A stretch of 64,000 nt of DNA from Octopus sinensis (GCF_006345805.1 NC_043026.1:5084001-5148000), one strand, 5' to 3'; shown: positions 20,185 through 33,660, counted from the first letter of the stretch. Notes: a model not told the origin generated them from the sequence alone. Made by a program: numbers and translations.

Positions 20185-21535
20185 CACAACGTAACAATTT
20201 CAAAAAAAATTTGTTATTGTATTTTTTTATTGTTTATCAATCTATTTTTTCTGCTGATTCCAAAACTGAAATTATTTTTGTGTCTCATCAACAGTTAAAA
20301 AAATATGTCGACTTTCAATGTTATATTATATTCGGTATTGTTATAATGTTCCGCTAACTAATGTATGTCTAATTTTCCCTTTCAGACCAATTACTAAGTT
20401 GTGCTACTTTCAGGATGGCTTCTAGAATATGTAAAAATTCTCCAGATACATTTTGCTATGTGTGTGGTTATTATATTGGAAAAAAGCAGGTATTACATAA
20501 GATCGTGAAAGGTGCCAAATTGTGGATAGCGTACAGACTATTTCGGAATGCCCATGGGTGACCAGGACAAACCACGGGCCCCCACATGTGATATGTGGAA
20601 GCTGTCAGTCTACTCTAGAATGATGGTTAAGAGGTACAGGAAGGTCATTGCCTTTTGCCATTCCAAGGGTATGGAGAGAGCCAAAGAACCATCACGATGA
20701 CTGTTAGTTTTGTATGATCGATGTGCCAAAGTACAGAAAAGTGAAAAGAAGACAAGCTCTTCAGTATCCAGACATACCATCATCTAGAGCACCTGACAGT
20801 TTACGAGTACCACTACCACCAGAAAATATTTCATCTGAAGAGTCAACATGTAGCAGAAGCCAAGAAATGGCAGAAGCTTTCGTACCATGAACAACTTCAG
20901 AGCCTCACCTTCCAAATCAGAGTGAGCTAGATGATTTAATCAGGGATCTGGGTCTTACTAAATCAGGAGTTGAAATTCTTTCATCAAGGTTGAAGGAATG
21001 GAATCTACTGGGGGAAGACTGCAAGACATCTGTGAACTGGAAATGCCATGAAGTGAGGATCATGATGAGATATTTAATCAGGACGTCGCAACTATGGAAA
21101 GAAGATACCAAGGACGATGGGATACTGCTATGATGGGAGATTATATATGGTCTCTAGTCAGAAGAGATGAAGGTATACACTCTAGAAAATCTCGATCGTC
21201 AAAGCACTTCTCATCTTAAGAAAAGAGTTATCAAGGCATTTACAGTGCAGAGTTTTATTGTTTCTTTTTGTTGTAACTAATATATACTTCCTAAATACTT
21301 TTCAATAATGAAAAATTACTAAATGTTGTGTAATTATCCTTACAATACTAGAATAGATTGAACCAACAAAGTGCTGTAGAGAAAAGTTACAAATATAACG
21401 AGCAAAATGAAATTAGGAATAAATAAATAACTATCGATGTTAGGTAAAAATGAATGCGATTTTTGAATTTAGTGGCAAAAAATGCTTATATGAACATTAA
21501 AAAATACAAATAAACAAAACATGTGTTACATTGTG
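20185..21535 (+). mobile_element. Chapaev3 (CMC superfamily) DNA transposon, internally deleted
   Basis: TIRs CACAACGTAACA / TGTTACATTGTG with 3-bp TSD TTA. Transposase relic from the ATG at 20415: CKNSPDTFCYVCG..GDQDKP.APHVICGSC..WREPKNHHDDC.FC and C-terminal RRYQGRWDTAMMGDYIWSL. Confidence 0.85.
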
Positions 21536-22454
21536 TTAGTAGAGTCGTTAGAACGTTGGACTTAGACACAAACTTAATCAGGCTATAAATTTGTTTTTTA
21601 CTTATTTTGCTTTCTTTCTTTTTATGGAAAAATCCGATCCTCAATATTGAAATTTGTATACATATATAGCTACACACACACACTACCTTGTGGTATTTAT
21701 ACAAACTCTTTGTCTGCTGAGTTCAAATCCTGCCGAGATTAATTTTGATTTTTTATTATGCAAGGGTCGATAATTAAAATGCCAGTCTGAGGTGGTGGTC
21801 TGATGGATTTATATATTTGACAAGATGCCTTGTAGTATTTAATGTGGTTCTTTGTGATCTGAGTTCAAATCCTTCTGTTGCCTCCTTGGGTTGCAGACTT
21901 AATCTATCACCTTTTTTGACACCATCACCTGGCCCTTGAGATGCTTTTTAGGAGAGGATTTCTCTGTTGTATGCATTCATGTTAGGTCTCTTGTTTTGAG
22001 AATGTCTATCTTCCATTCACCACTTTTGAAGACCCTGGAAATATAAAGGACCATCGGCAGGGCCCTTCTCCCTTGCTAAGCTTTTAAAAAATTAAGTTTA
22101 CATAAAAACTAATAATTTAACAGCCATAAAATTTACAAATTTTAAATTTCACTTGAGAATTAGAAATCCACTGTAAACTACCTAAAATTGTGTATCCTTA
22201 GATGAACATATCCATTCCTCTAATTTCCATTAAATAGTTTTGACATAGTCATAACCAAACTATACTTTATTTATATTCTGAAAATGAAAATTTTTTACTT
22301 GTAATGTAACAGTGTAAAATCTTTGAAAATTTTCTTGTCTAAAAATACTGCCTGAAAATAAAACAAATTCCAATATAAAAGTTTATGCTTCAAATAGTTC
22401 TAATGAAGCTTTAACGAAGTGTATGGTAAATTGCATATTAAATAAAATAATTAC

Positions 22455-22566
22455 CTGGATTACTTGTGTTGCGGTGGTATTCTAGCCTGAAGACTGTCTC
22501 TCTCAGAAATATCATGCAAAGGTGGCAATGGTTTGCTAGTATACTGCACTTAAAGCTATATTTATA
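22455..22566 (-). promoter_or_regulatory. Candidate TATA promoter and short non-coding exon 1 of propeller gene copy 1
   Basis: TATAAATA at 22566-22559, then ~100 nt to donors CAA|GTAATC and CAG|GTAATT; homologous to 60509-60617. Confidence 0.5.
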
Positions 22567-23553
22567 ATCTACCAGGAAGAAGTTTCTAGATACCTGGTGG
22601 GTGTTACCTTGTCATGGGTATGTATCTTGGTTTAAAAGTATGTGTCTGTTGTAGTGTATAGGTATGTGTGTGTATATGTTGGTGTGTGTGTATATGTTAG
22701 CCAGATTGCATCGACACGCCTATCTCAGATTACCACAGACTGTATGAATGACACCCTCTCCCCACCTCCCATCCAATTCTATATTCTTTCTTTCTCTCTT
22801 TACATCCTCTCCAACATGGCCACCACCACCACCACCTCTCCATGCATTTCCATTCAAGTGTTTCATGTTTCTGAACCAATCATATTCACTTATTTTGCTT
22901 TCTTTCTTTATATGGAAAAATCCCATCCTCAACATTTAAATTTGTATACATACATATATAGCTACACACACACACACATACATATATATACATATAAACA
23001 TGTACCTACAAACACACCCATATACATACACACATACAGGCATACCTTTTCCAATGAGTTGTAGTGACCCTAACATCGTATACAATAAGCCCATTATAGT
23101 TATTATTATTATTATAATTATTAAGAATCGTTAGCATACAGGGCGAAATGCTTAGTGGTATTTCACTTGTCGCTAAGTTCCAAGTTCAAATTCCACCGAG
23201 GCCGACTTTGGTTTCATCTCCCCAGGGTCAATAAAACAAGTATCATTTGAGTACTGAGGCCGATGTAGTCGACCGTCCGCTTCCCTACGAAATGTCAGGC
23301 CTTGTGCATTTAGAAGAAAGGACTGTTATTTGTGCAGTGAATGACTTCATCGTTAATGTGTCGGACATTGAACGAAGCAAGGAAGGAGAATGCTTTAGAG
23401 TAGCTAACCCTGCTAGAAATAACAGCCAAATCTCCTTCTAGTCAGATTCTATTGTTATTGGAATGTATATATGTATGCATTGAGCCAATGACCGAGAGCT
23501 CTGTATGGCTCGGTGCATCAGCATGGGCTGCAGCTCTGAGCTGAAATTAGAAA

Positions 23554-23594
<41 letters not shown>

Positions 23595-23903
23595 ATTATA
23601 CATGTGTGTGTATATATATATATAATATATATATATAAATATATGTGTATATAAACATGTATATATATCTGCTGAGCTGGCAGAATCGTTAGTACACCAG
23701 GAAAATGCTTAGCAGTGTTTCATCTGACTTTTGTTCTGAGTTCTAATTCCATGGAGATTCACATTCAGGGACGATGGCCACTGGGACTGATGCAATCAAA
23801 ATGGAGCATTCCACGATTCTGCTGGCTTTGTGTGCCAAAATTGAAGCCAATATATATAATATTATAATATATATATATATATATTATATATATATATATA
23901 TAT

Positions 23904-24326
23904 TTTGTGAAATAGAAAGATGAATAATCTTGTTGCAGATTAATCAAAAAGTTTAACCGATACCTGGTAGCAAAAATCACAGCAGAAGACAGCACGGTTG
24001 GAGGTACAACCATATGGTGTTGCAACCGTGCGTTGGTGCGGATAATTGAATTTTAATATTATTAGTGAATTGAAGAAATGGAGTTGAACGAAGATTGAAC
24101 AGAAATCGTTTTATTGCATTCTACACGTGTTTCGAAAGGCACAATTTACCAAATTCCGATTGAATAATGAGACCATATTGTGTCTTTCTCTTCAGGAAGA
24201 AATAGGAAATCCGTTGGAAAAAACAAAAACAGAACAGAGGCGGAGGAAAACAAATCGAACAAGGCTCCTAAGAGCCCATGGCCATGGTTCAATCTTCGTT
24301 CAACTCCATTTCTTCAATTCACTAAA
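23904..24326 (-). mobile_element. Solo pseudo-LTR fragment of the Penelope-like family at 34.2-37.6 kb, with a short inverted 5' end, in (TA)n
   Basis: Highly similar to 34212-34585; 24291-24326 is the reverse complement of 24062-24100. Confidence 0.85.
24112..24204 (-). ncRNA. Minimal type I hammerhead ribozyme (family A)
   Basis: Stem I UUC/GAA, core CUGAAGA, stem II GAAAG-A-CACAAU..AUUGUG-C-CUUUC, GAAA, stem III AC[ACGU]GU, cleavage triplet GUA. Confidence 0.75.
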
Positions 24327-25199
24327 TATATATATATATACATATAAATTAATGTATGTATTTATACACAAAGTAGGTTACCTTTAACAGGACACCTTAC
24401 GTGCTAGAGAGGGCAGTTAAAGCCCAAACCACAAGAGTAATTTCAAAGGGAATGAAAAATAAAATATTTTTATACTTACCCCATGACTTGATTTTCTGTA
24501 TTGATGTGGAAATAAATTAATTTGCCATCTGTGCTTGAGTGTGTATATATATTATATATATATTATATATATATATAATATATATATATATATAATATAT
24601 ATATACACATAATATATATTATATAATACACATACATACAGTTACACCCTTTACACCCATGCCTTCCCCCAATACAATCTGGTCCTCCACCTCTTCTCAA
24701 CAACACTTTCCTTCCTCCTACTTCATGTCCCTCCACTCTCCCTCATATGCCTGCTCACACACATTCACTCTCAATGCCCTCACAGACGTACCATGGTCCC
24801 CTTAGACACTCATATATCTCTCCCCCTCACTTGTTACAGTCTCCATAACCCAACCCATCTCCCCTCACACTGTTAGGGATCACCCCTCTCTCTTCTCTCT
24901 ATCCACACACCCTGTCCAGTCTTCTGAACCCCTTCATTATGCAGGTGCTCCCTCTTCTTTGTTCATTCACTCTGCCTATTCCGAATATGAACCTATTTGA
25001 TAAGAGAGGAGGGGAGTGAAAAGTAATGCTCTCTTTCTGTAGAGAGACTCTCTGTCTCTGTGTCCATCCGTCCGTCCAGCCATCCAATCACACAAACAGG
25101 TATATGGTTCAAATTTACAAAAGACAAAGACAGGTGTAGGAACAATGTATTAGTTAAAAGCTTGAGAATGGAAAAGTTGATTAAATATTATTTACATCT

Positions 25200-25985
25200 G
25201 AAGTTGGACTTAAGAAACATCAGATGTGGTGTGCAAGAGAGACAACTGCACTGATATGGTCATGTGTTGTGTATGGATGAGGACAGCTGTGTGAAAAAGT
25301 ATCACACCCTAGTAGTAGGGGTAACCTGTGGGAAAGGTAGACCCAGGAAGACCTGGAATGAGGTGGTGAGGCACGACCTTCAAACGTTGGGCTTCACTGA
25401 GGCAATGACAAGTGGCTGAGACCTCTGCAGATATATCCTGTGCTTGAGAAGCCCCAGCAAGCTGAAACCATAACCGTGGCCTATGCCAGTGCAGCATAAC
25501 CAGCCCATTTAAGAGTGCCCTTCAATCATTAGGCAATAAACTGCGCTTGTAAGGTCATGTTGAGGCAAGTGAGTTCATTGTCGTGGCTGATGACAGTACA
25601 ACCTGACTGGCTCCTGTGCCAGGGGGACATAAAAAGCAGCATTTGAGGGTGGTTGATACCAGTGCCAGCTAACTGGTCCCATGCTGGTGGCATGTAAAAA
25701 TCACCATTTGAATGTGATCATTGCCAGTGCCACCTCACTGGCTCCCATGCCGGTGGCACGTAAAAAGCACCATTCAAACATGGTTGTTACCAGTACTGCT
25801 TGACCAGCCCTTGTGCTGGTTGCATGTAAAAAGCACCCTCTACACTCTCAGAGTGGTTGGCGTTAGAAAGGGCATCCAACTGTTGAAGCTTTGCCAAATT
25901 GGCTTGAAACCGGTTGCAACATTCTGACTTGTCAGACCGTCCAATCCATGCCAACATAGAAAGTGGACATTAAATGACGATGATA
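25200..25985 (+). mobile_element. RTE LINE 3' fragment
   Basis: RCGVQERQLH.YGHV..GRPRKTWNEVV plus the same 3' UTR as 14450-14965. Confidence 0.8.
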
Positions 25986-26034
25986 TATGTATATGCATGT
26001 AGACATATGTATACACATGTATATATATATATAA

Positions 26035-26865
26035 TAATAATAATAATAATAATTGTGTACAGTGCTCAGGTGCACTACAACTCATCTAAAGTGTATATAT
26101 AATCAGGTGTAGTTTCGGCGGATTTCGGAAAGCATGAGGGCCTTAAAGGATGCAGTGTCATGGCAGTCAACAACTGACGCAGGCAGTTTATTCCATGCTT
26201 CAGCAACTCTGAGCGTGAAAAAATGTTTCCGAAAGTCATGGGAGCTGTGTTGTTTTCTGACTTTGTAGGCATGTCCACGTGTGTTAGACACATGGAGATC
26301 AAAAAGGTATTCAGTGTTGTTGTTGGTGAGGTGGTTGATAACTTTGTGGGTGTATTCCAAGTCCGTCGCCAGACGCCGGAGCTTCAGTGAATCCATGCCC
26401 AGGGAAACAAGGCGCTCAGAATATGGTAGGTGTCTGATGGAGGGCATGCGTTTGGTTGCACGTCTCTGAACAGATTCCAGGAGGTCAATGTTCTGAGCAA
26501 GATAGGGGTTCCAAACTGATGATGCGAATTCCAAGTGTGGTCATACCATAGCTGTATACAGTTTTAAATAGATGGCTGGAGAGCGGCTAACAAAAGTCTT
26601 GCTGAGTGATGCCAAGACACACTCAGCCTTCTTGACAATTTTCGAGATATGCTTTGTCCAACGCAAATCACTGCTGACAGTGATGTCTAGGTCACGCTCG
26701 CAAGAGGATTTCTTGATATCAGTGTTGTGGAGGGAGTATGTGGACGCAGGGTTTTTTCCCCCAAAATGCATGGTGGTACACTTGTCCACAGCCAGTTTCA
26801 GTTGCCAGTCTGTGATCCATTGCTGCATTGTGTCTAGGTCTGATTGCAGGAAAGAGTTGTAGCCG
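26035..26865 (-). mobile_element. CR1-clade LINE 3' fragment with (ATT)n tail
   Basis: LQSDLD..W..WQLKLAVDKC..ERDL..LEFASSVWNP..LESVQRRATK..YSERL..LRRL..TRGH..FFTLRVAEAWNKLP. Confidence 0.9.
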
Positions 26866-27003
26866 TGTGTGTGTGTGTGTGTATGTAAATATATATACAT
26901 ACATACACACACACACACACACATATTATATATATTATGTAATATATATATATATATTATGTATATTATATGTATATATATATATATATATATAATGTAT
27001 GTA

Positions 27004-27040
<37 letters not shown>

Positions 27041-27056
27041 TGTAAACACATGTACA

Positions 27057-27091
<35 letters not shown>

Positions 27092-28740
27092 GTATGTATG
27101 TATATATATTTACATACACACACACACACATGTATATACACATTTATGCACATAATGCAAGCTAATTAATTAGTGAGAGAATGTAACGCAGTGCCCATAA
27201 CTTACTCAGTGCCCCAAAACCTAATAATTACGTGAGCAGAATGGTAACAACGTATTACTGGTATTTAATGTTTTTCATTGTCTGGCGAGATGCTGTGTAA
27301 AGTTAGTTCAAATAGTATGTCATGGCTGGAATGTCTTAGCTTCTAGATTTGATGGATCAGGGTTGAGTTGGGGCCAAACTTCTCTAACTACATTAATACC
27401 AACCTCTCCCTCTGATAGGCACCATGACCACCACCTCTATGACCCTTGTCACCACCACCTCTATGACCCTTGTCACCACCACCTTGCCAATTTCTACTGT
27501 GGCCACCTCCACACTTGCCTTGGGCCCTTAATGGAATGAGAGCAGTGCCATGTTGAGGTAGGTATGTCTTGTATTTTATTTGTTGACCCTGAGAGAATGA
27601 AAAATACATCTGAATTCAGCAGGATTTGATCTCAGAACACAAAGAGCTGGAACAATTACTGCAAAGCTGTCAATTTGCTACCATCATGGACTATTAGAAA
27701 AAGTAGCTAAACTTCACTCAAATCACATGCAGAACAATAAATATGTAGGTGGCATTCACTGACTTGAACAACAAGCTTGGGGGAAATGACATGACAGCAA
27801 CAACAACAACAACAACAATATCACACTCACACACACACACACACACACACCACTACCTCAATCACCACTGCAACCATCAAGGTTGACAGTCCTTAATTTT
27901 ATTGAAGATCACCTTTCTTAAACGAGATATTAAATGGAAACGCCTGGGGTAAACTGATACAGTGAAATGATCCTACCACACCTAAGATGGCAATCACGTT
28001 GTCCATTGATGTTATTCAACATAATATTGGCTTACACACTCTGCTCTCATATTCGGTTCTGCAAAAATGAATTTCTAACCTGTTTCTTTATTTTGGGTTT
28101 GTTGCAAATATTTCAACAATTTCTATCCGCATTTGAAATGTCTGACTGAACTTTGTAGAAGTAAACTGGTGAATTTAAAACTGGGGGTGCACGCACACAC
28201 ACACATATACTATGTGTGCATTTCTGTATTTGAGGGTTATGTAGCTGCTATTTATAGCTGGTCTCACAACCAGGCAGCGATCTCCCTCATTGAACTGTGT
28301 GTGTGTATATGCGTACGTAGGTGATGTCCAGCAAAAACTGACTTTGTAGTCAGCCACAAGATTATCCACCATCTTTCCAGCAGCAAAACTTGGGCCCTGT
28401 TTGAATTCCTATGTCTAAACCCTTTGACATGCTTACAAAATCAAAAAACATGAATTTCGTAAACATTTCTCTTGCTCAGAATTGAATCAACCTCCCACAT
28501 AGTACGTCTATGTTTGTACATACGTAGTAAGTATATATACAAACGTATGTATATATACATACATACATATATATATATGTACACATATATATATATTCAT
28601 ACACACACACACACACACACACACATATTTTATATATATATATATATATATATACAACACATATACATATATTATATATATATATATATAATATATGACA
28701 ATAATAAATCTCTGAGCGAGATATAAACAGTAACTGCTCT

Positions 28741-28886
28741 ATAACACAAGGGGGATCAGCCATCTGAATGTGGCTAGGGACAGGGCGGGGTGGTGGGGTG
28801 TTACTGGAGCTAAATGCATCAGTAACACCCCCACCACCCCGCCCTGCCCCTAGCCACATTCAGATGGCTGATCCCCCTTGTGTTAT
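28741..28886. repeat. GC-rich fold-back hairpin (~66-bp arms, 13-nt loop) inside (TA)n
   Basis: ataacacaagggggatcagcc...gtgttactg / cagtaacac...ggctgatcccccttgtgttat, with about 2 differences. Confidence 0.92.
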
Positions 28887-28977
28887 ATATATATGTATAT
28901 ATATACATATATATACATATATATATATATATATGCATATATATATACATATAATATATATAGTATTAGTATATAAA

Positions 28978-29014
<37 letters not shown>

Positions 29015-29034
29015 ATATATGTATATATATATAA

Positions 29035-29222
29035 TAAGAAAAATGGAGGAATAGATTTCTTTCAATCATCAACTTCCAGATGATCCCAATTCATATAATT
29101 TATTAACTAATTATTTAGATTAACTAGGAACATCCAATCCAAACAGAATAAGACAGAATAAAACAATATACATTCAATAAGTAAGTTGATAATTGAAAGG
29201 AATCTATTCCTCCAGTTTCTTA
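29035..29222. mobile_element. MITE with ~40-bp TIRs, TA-flanked
   Basis: taagaaaaatggaggaatagatttctttcaatcatcaactt vs aagttgataattgaaaggaatctattcctccagtttctta. Confidence 0.65.
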
Positions 29223-29434
29223 TTTTGTATTATGAGTTTGAGGTAAAACATTTTACCTTCGCCCATCTAATACAATAAACGAATTAATTGCATTGCAATT
29301 CTTAGCATTTATGTATTACTTCTGGCTACTTTACTGGCAGTATATTGGATAAATGATATCCCATAGTGGGTTACACTCATAACCCCTATCTCACTTTGTA
29401 CTTTATATATATACATACATATATACAGATATAT

Positions 29435-29730
29435 GGAGGGCAATGGCCCAGTGGTTAGAGCAGCGTACTCCTGGTCGTAGGTTCGCGTTTCGATTCCCCA
29501 GACCGGGCATTGTGAGTGTTTATTGAGCGAAAACACCTAAAGTACCACAGGCTCCGGCAGGGGGTGGTGGTGATCCTGCTGTACTCTTTCAACCAACTTT
29601 CTCTCACTCTTTTTCTTCTGTTTGCCTGCTCGCTAGCCAGTGGGGTGGCATCATTTGAAGGCTACAGCAATACGAACCGCATTGGACCAGCGATGTGTAG
29701 CAACATTTGATAGCCTGGTCGGTCACAGTG
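29435..29730 (+). mobile_element. tRNA-derived SINE
   Basis: A box (tggcccagtggttaga) and B box (gtttcgattccc) at the 5' end. Confidence 0.7.
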
Positions 29731-29841
29731 ACATATATATATATGCATTGGCTGCATACTTACAAAAATGAAGATGCACACACAAGAATATATATTCATG
29801 TATATATATTATATATATATATATTATATATATATATATAT

Positions 29842-29873
<32 letters not shown>

Positions 29874-29930
29874 GTACGTATTTATTAATATATAGACACC
29901 TGTCTATATCTATGTGCTTTTATGTATCTT

Positions 29931-29963
<33 letters not shown>

Positions 29964-31209
29964 CTAAGGTGAGCTGGTAGCAGAATCATTAGAACAGCAG
30001 GTAAAATGCTTGGCGCATTTCGTTTGACTTGATGTTCTGAGTTCTAATTCCAGCAAGGTTGACATTTAGACTCGGTGAACTCTGGGACTGATGTAATCAA
30101 CTTAACCCATTATTGCAGGCCTTGTGCCAAAATTTGAAACCAAGAAATATGTACATGCATACAGGTAAGCCTTTTATGTCTCTGCTTTGCCCCAATACAA
30201 TCTGTTCCCTCACCTCCTGCATAAAAAACTCCTCCCCCCACAACAATCCCAAGTCCTTCCTTCCTTCCACCCTTAATCATCACCCCTGCATGCTCCTCTC
30301 CCCCATCACACACACTCACTCTCAATGTCCTCACTGGCCCCCTGAGCTGCCCCTATATCTCTCACTGTCACCTGCTACTCTCTCCACATCTCCATCCACC
30401 TCCTTCACACCCTCATGAATCACCCCCACCCCTTGATCTCCTCTGTCCACTCACCCTGTCCAATCCTTTGTATGGGCCCTCATTTCATTCATATTCTCCC
30501 CCACTGTACCTTAAGAATTTGTCCCATCACACATTCCCCTGCCATTTATTTCTCTCTCTTTCAAACGGGGATAGCCAAGTATCTCCTACAGGAAGACCCC
30601 TATCTCTACCCTGATCCCTATTATACATTCACCTCTCAACTGGCACAAACCCACCTCCCTCAAATACTACTCCTCCCTTCCTGTTGAGACATCTTCGTTT
30701 TGCAAGTTACTTGGTGGTGCCATGTGAAAAGCACTCTGTGAAGTGGTCGGCCATTAGGAAGGGTATCCAGCCATAGAAACCAATGCAATGTGGCCAACAC
30801 AGCTTGGTGCAGTCCTCTGGCAAACTGTCCAACCCCGTAGCAGAACAGAAAGAAGTCGACTTTTCATACATACACACAACAACACACACATTCATTCATA
30901 CAGACACACAGACAGACAGAAAGCTAGATCACATGACCAACAAGACTATCCGATGTTGCGACACATCGCTAGGCACAATTCACTTTGCATTGTTTTAGCC
31001 ATCGAATGACCCCCACCCTCGGGCTAGGCAAGCAGGCCATCCCTCTCATGCCACTAATGTTATCCAATGGGAAGCAACATGAAATAAAGTGTCTTGCCCA
31101 AGAACAACACAAGAGCCGGTCTGAGAATCGAACTCACTATCCCATGATTGTGGAACCAATGCTCTAACAACAGATCCATCCACTGCACACACACATACAA
31201 ACACACATA

Positions 31210-32420
31210 GAGGGGTTGGACAAAATAATGGAAAACCACCTTAAAATTTCAAATAAATCTATTTTAATATGGGGAAGAACCGCCTTGGGCAATAATTACA
31301 GCTTAAATTCTATGAGGTATGGACTCGTACAAAGTTTGAAGGGTTTCCAAAGGAATTTTTGTTCATTCTCCAGCTAAAACAGTCTCCAGTTCTTGTAGTG
31401 ATGATGGTGGAGGATATTGACACCTTGTTTTTCTAAAATGAACCATAAATGTAAAATAATATTGAGATCTACGGACTGTGGTGACCAGATAAGATGTTCA
31501 ACTCAACTAGTATGTTCCTCGTGCCATTCGGTAACAACTTCAGCTGTGTGAATTGGTGCATTATCATCCTGAAAGATTGTATTTCCATCCAGAAACAGTT
31601 CTGCAACCATAGGATGAATTTGATCAGATAAACTGCTTAAATAATCCTGAAAATAAATTCTACCATTAAGGGAAACCATTGGGCTGGTGGATTTCCAAGA
31701 TATAGCCCCCACCAGATCATCACAGATCCTCTTCCATATTTAACAGTTAGAAGAAGGCAGTCTGGGTCAAATGCTTCTTTTGGTTCTCTCCACACATATA
31801 CTTGGCCAGTGGTCAGAAATAAGGTAAAGGATGACTCATCCGAAAAAATAACATGCTTCCATTGATCTAGGGACGAATTCTGTAGGTTTTCACTTCACTC
31901 TAAATGCTTTGCAACGTTTGTTTTTGAAAGTATGGTTTTCTGATTGCAGTCTTCCCTTAAATCCAGCTTTGTGCAGCTCCTGGCAAACAGTTTTGTGGAA
32001 AAACTGGGTTCTCGAGGTGGTCATTAAGCTCTGCAGTAATTTTGGGAGCTGTATTTTTTGTGATCCTTTCTAATAATTCGTGTAAGAGTCGGATGGTCCC
32101 TGGAGGTTTTTCCCTCTTTCTCAAAGGTGTCATTACTTTCGAGGCACTACTTCTTGATACACCAAACATTGTGGCTGTTTTTTTATGCTAGCACCTGTCA
32201 TATAAGCACCAACAATTTGACCTCTTGGGAAGTCCAATCAATTTGTCATTTTAATGAATTTAATTACCTTTTCTGATGATATCTGAAAAGAAAGAGCAAT
32301 TTTTAGCAAATCATATTAAGCAACACTCATAGTAAATCAAAAAACATAAAAATAAACAAGCTTTTGACAGTTTATAGATATTTCAAAATTATGATGCTAG
32401 TGTTTCCATTATCCAAACCC
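31210..32420 (-). mobile_element. Degenerate Tc1-like DNA transposon
   Basis: HTH remnant MFGVSRSSASKVM; catalytic FQDDNAPIH..WSPQSVDLNII; imperfect TIRs (ggggttggac..taatggaaa / tttccattatccaaaccc); multiple stops. Confidence 0.85.
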
Positions 32421-33368
32421 ATATATATAATATATATATATTATATATATATAATATATATATATATAAATGTGTGGTGTGTATACAAGAGAGTGTGCCT
32501 ATGGTGGAGCCAAACAGAGGGACCAGCTATTCGAATAGACAGTACCATGGTAGATAAAGCCATGAGACATATGAAAATGAAGGAAGCCCCTGGCCCCTCA
32601 AGATTCACCACGGAAGTGCTTAAAGTATCTGGTGGTGTGGCATATGGTAGCAGGGAAAGCAGCCGTTAAATGATGATGATGATGATGATGATAATGCACA
32701 CACACACATAATTATACAACATATCTATGCAGAGAGGTATATATAGCGGATGGAGAGGGTTTCTCACAAGCATTCCTGTAAGGAGAATTCCCTTCCTGAA
32801 AGAATTTATACAGCAAAGGTCTTTCCATGTCTGTGTACAGGAACCTATGAAATATAATATATCTTTAAACGTAACTCCATAAATCTCAATCAACGCTGTT
32901 TAATCAGCATCAAGTTAATGAATTCCTGTAAAACTTTGCATCTGTCAGAAAATGTTTTCCGTTCGGTTGAAATAAATGTCTTGACATCACTCGGGTGCCA
33001 TGAACTATGCACACGGATTCAACATCCTTCGCAAAAACACTTCTATGTCTTTCATAGCCCCTTTTATACACAAACACACACACACACACACATATCTATT
33101 ATCTCTTACTTGCTTCACTTGTTTGACTGCGGCCATGCTGGGGCACAGCCTTGAAGAATTTTTAGTCAAAGAAATCAACCACCACAATTTATTTTTTAAA
33201 GCCTACTCCTTATTCTATCAGCCTCTTTAGGTTTCGTGTTTCCCTTAATTGATGATCCCTTCGAGAACCCTCATCAAATTAGAATATTTTATTTTCAATT
33301 TACTTTAGGTTTTGTGTGTTCTTCCTATAACTTTTATACGACCAGCCTATATATATATATATATATAT

Positions 33369-33431
<63 letters not shown>

Positions 33432-33434
<3 letters not shown>

Positions 33435-33660
33435 CGGGAAGCTTTACGAAAATAAACAAAAGACGAAGGCAGGTGGAGTACAAACAAACAATTGTATTAG
33501 TATGGCACTCAGGAATATAAATAAAAACAAGTCTTTAACGTTTCGAGCCTACGCTCTTCAACAGAAAGATACACAGAAAACAAACACGGAGAGAAACAAA
33601 GAGAAGAAAGAAATGCATGCAGAAGCTGGCGAATCAACATGGCGATCTGATTCCGGCCAT
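33432..33660 (-). mobile_element. Short (TA)n-embedded repeat with a hammerhead-like fold (second copy 41272-41530)
   Basis: Two ~85% similar copies, each starting within (TA)n; both contain UCUUU-CUGUYGAA-GAGC(N4)GCUC-GAAACGU-N-AAAGA. Confidence 0.55.

Larger units (their letters stand above)
4890..22620. repeat. Segmental duplication, copy 1 (paralog of ~48290-60640)
   Basis: Collinear near-identical blocks: 4893/48291, 5060-6200/48970-51110, 6208-10465/51118-55215, 12188-13395/57224-58425, 17485-17909/58865-59285, 19848/59286, 21955-22375/59995-60400, promoter 22455-22580/60509-60635. Confidence 0.92.

Noticed and set aside
23475-23530. Minus-strand CTGATGC-ACCGAG..CTCGGT hairpin resembling a hammerhead
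   Set aside because: The core is wrong and GAAA is absent.
26541-27155. Numerous YI/CV/HT-repeat ORFs here and across the window
   Set aside because: Products of (TA)n and (CA)n microsatellites.
27420-27490. Short tandem repeat encoding GGGDKGHR
   Set aside because: Only ~2 units with no splice or coding context.
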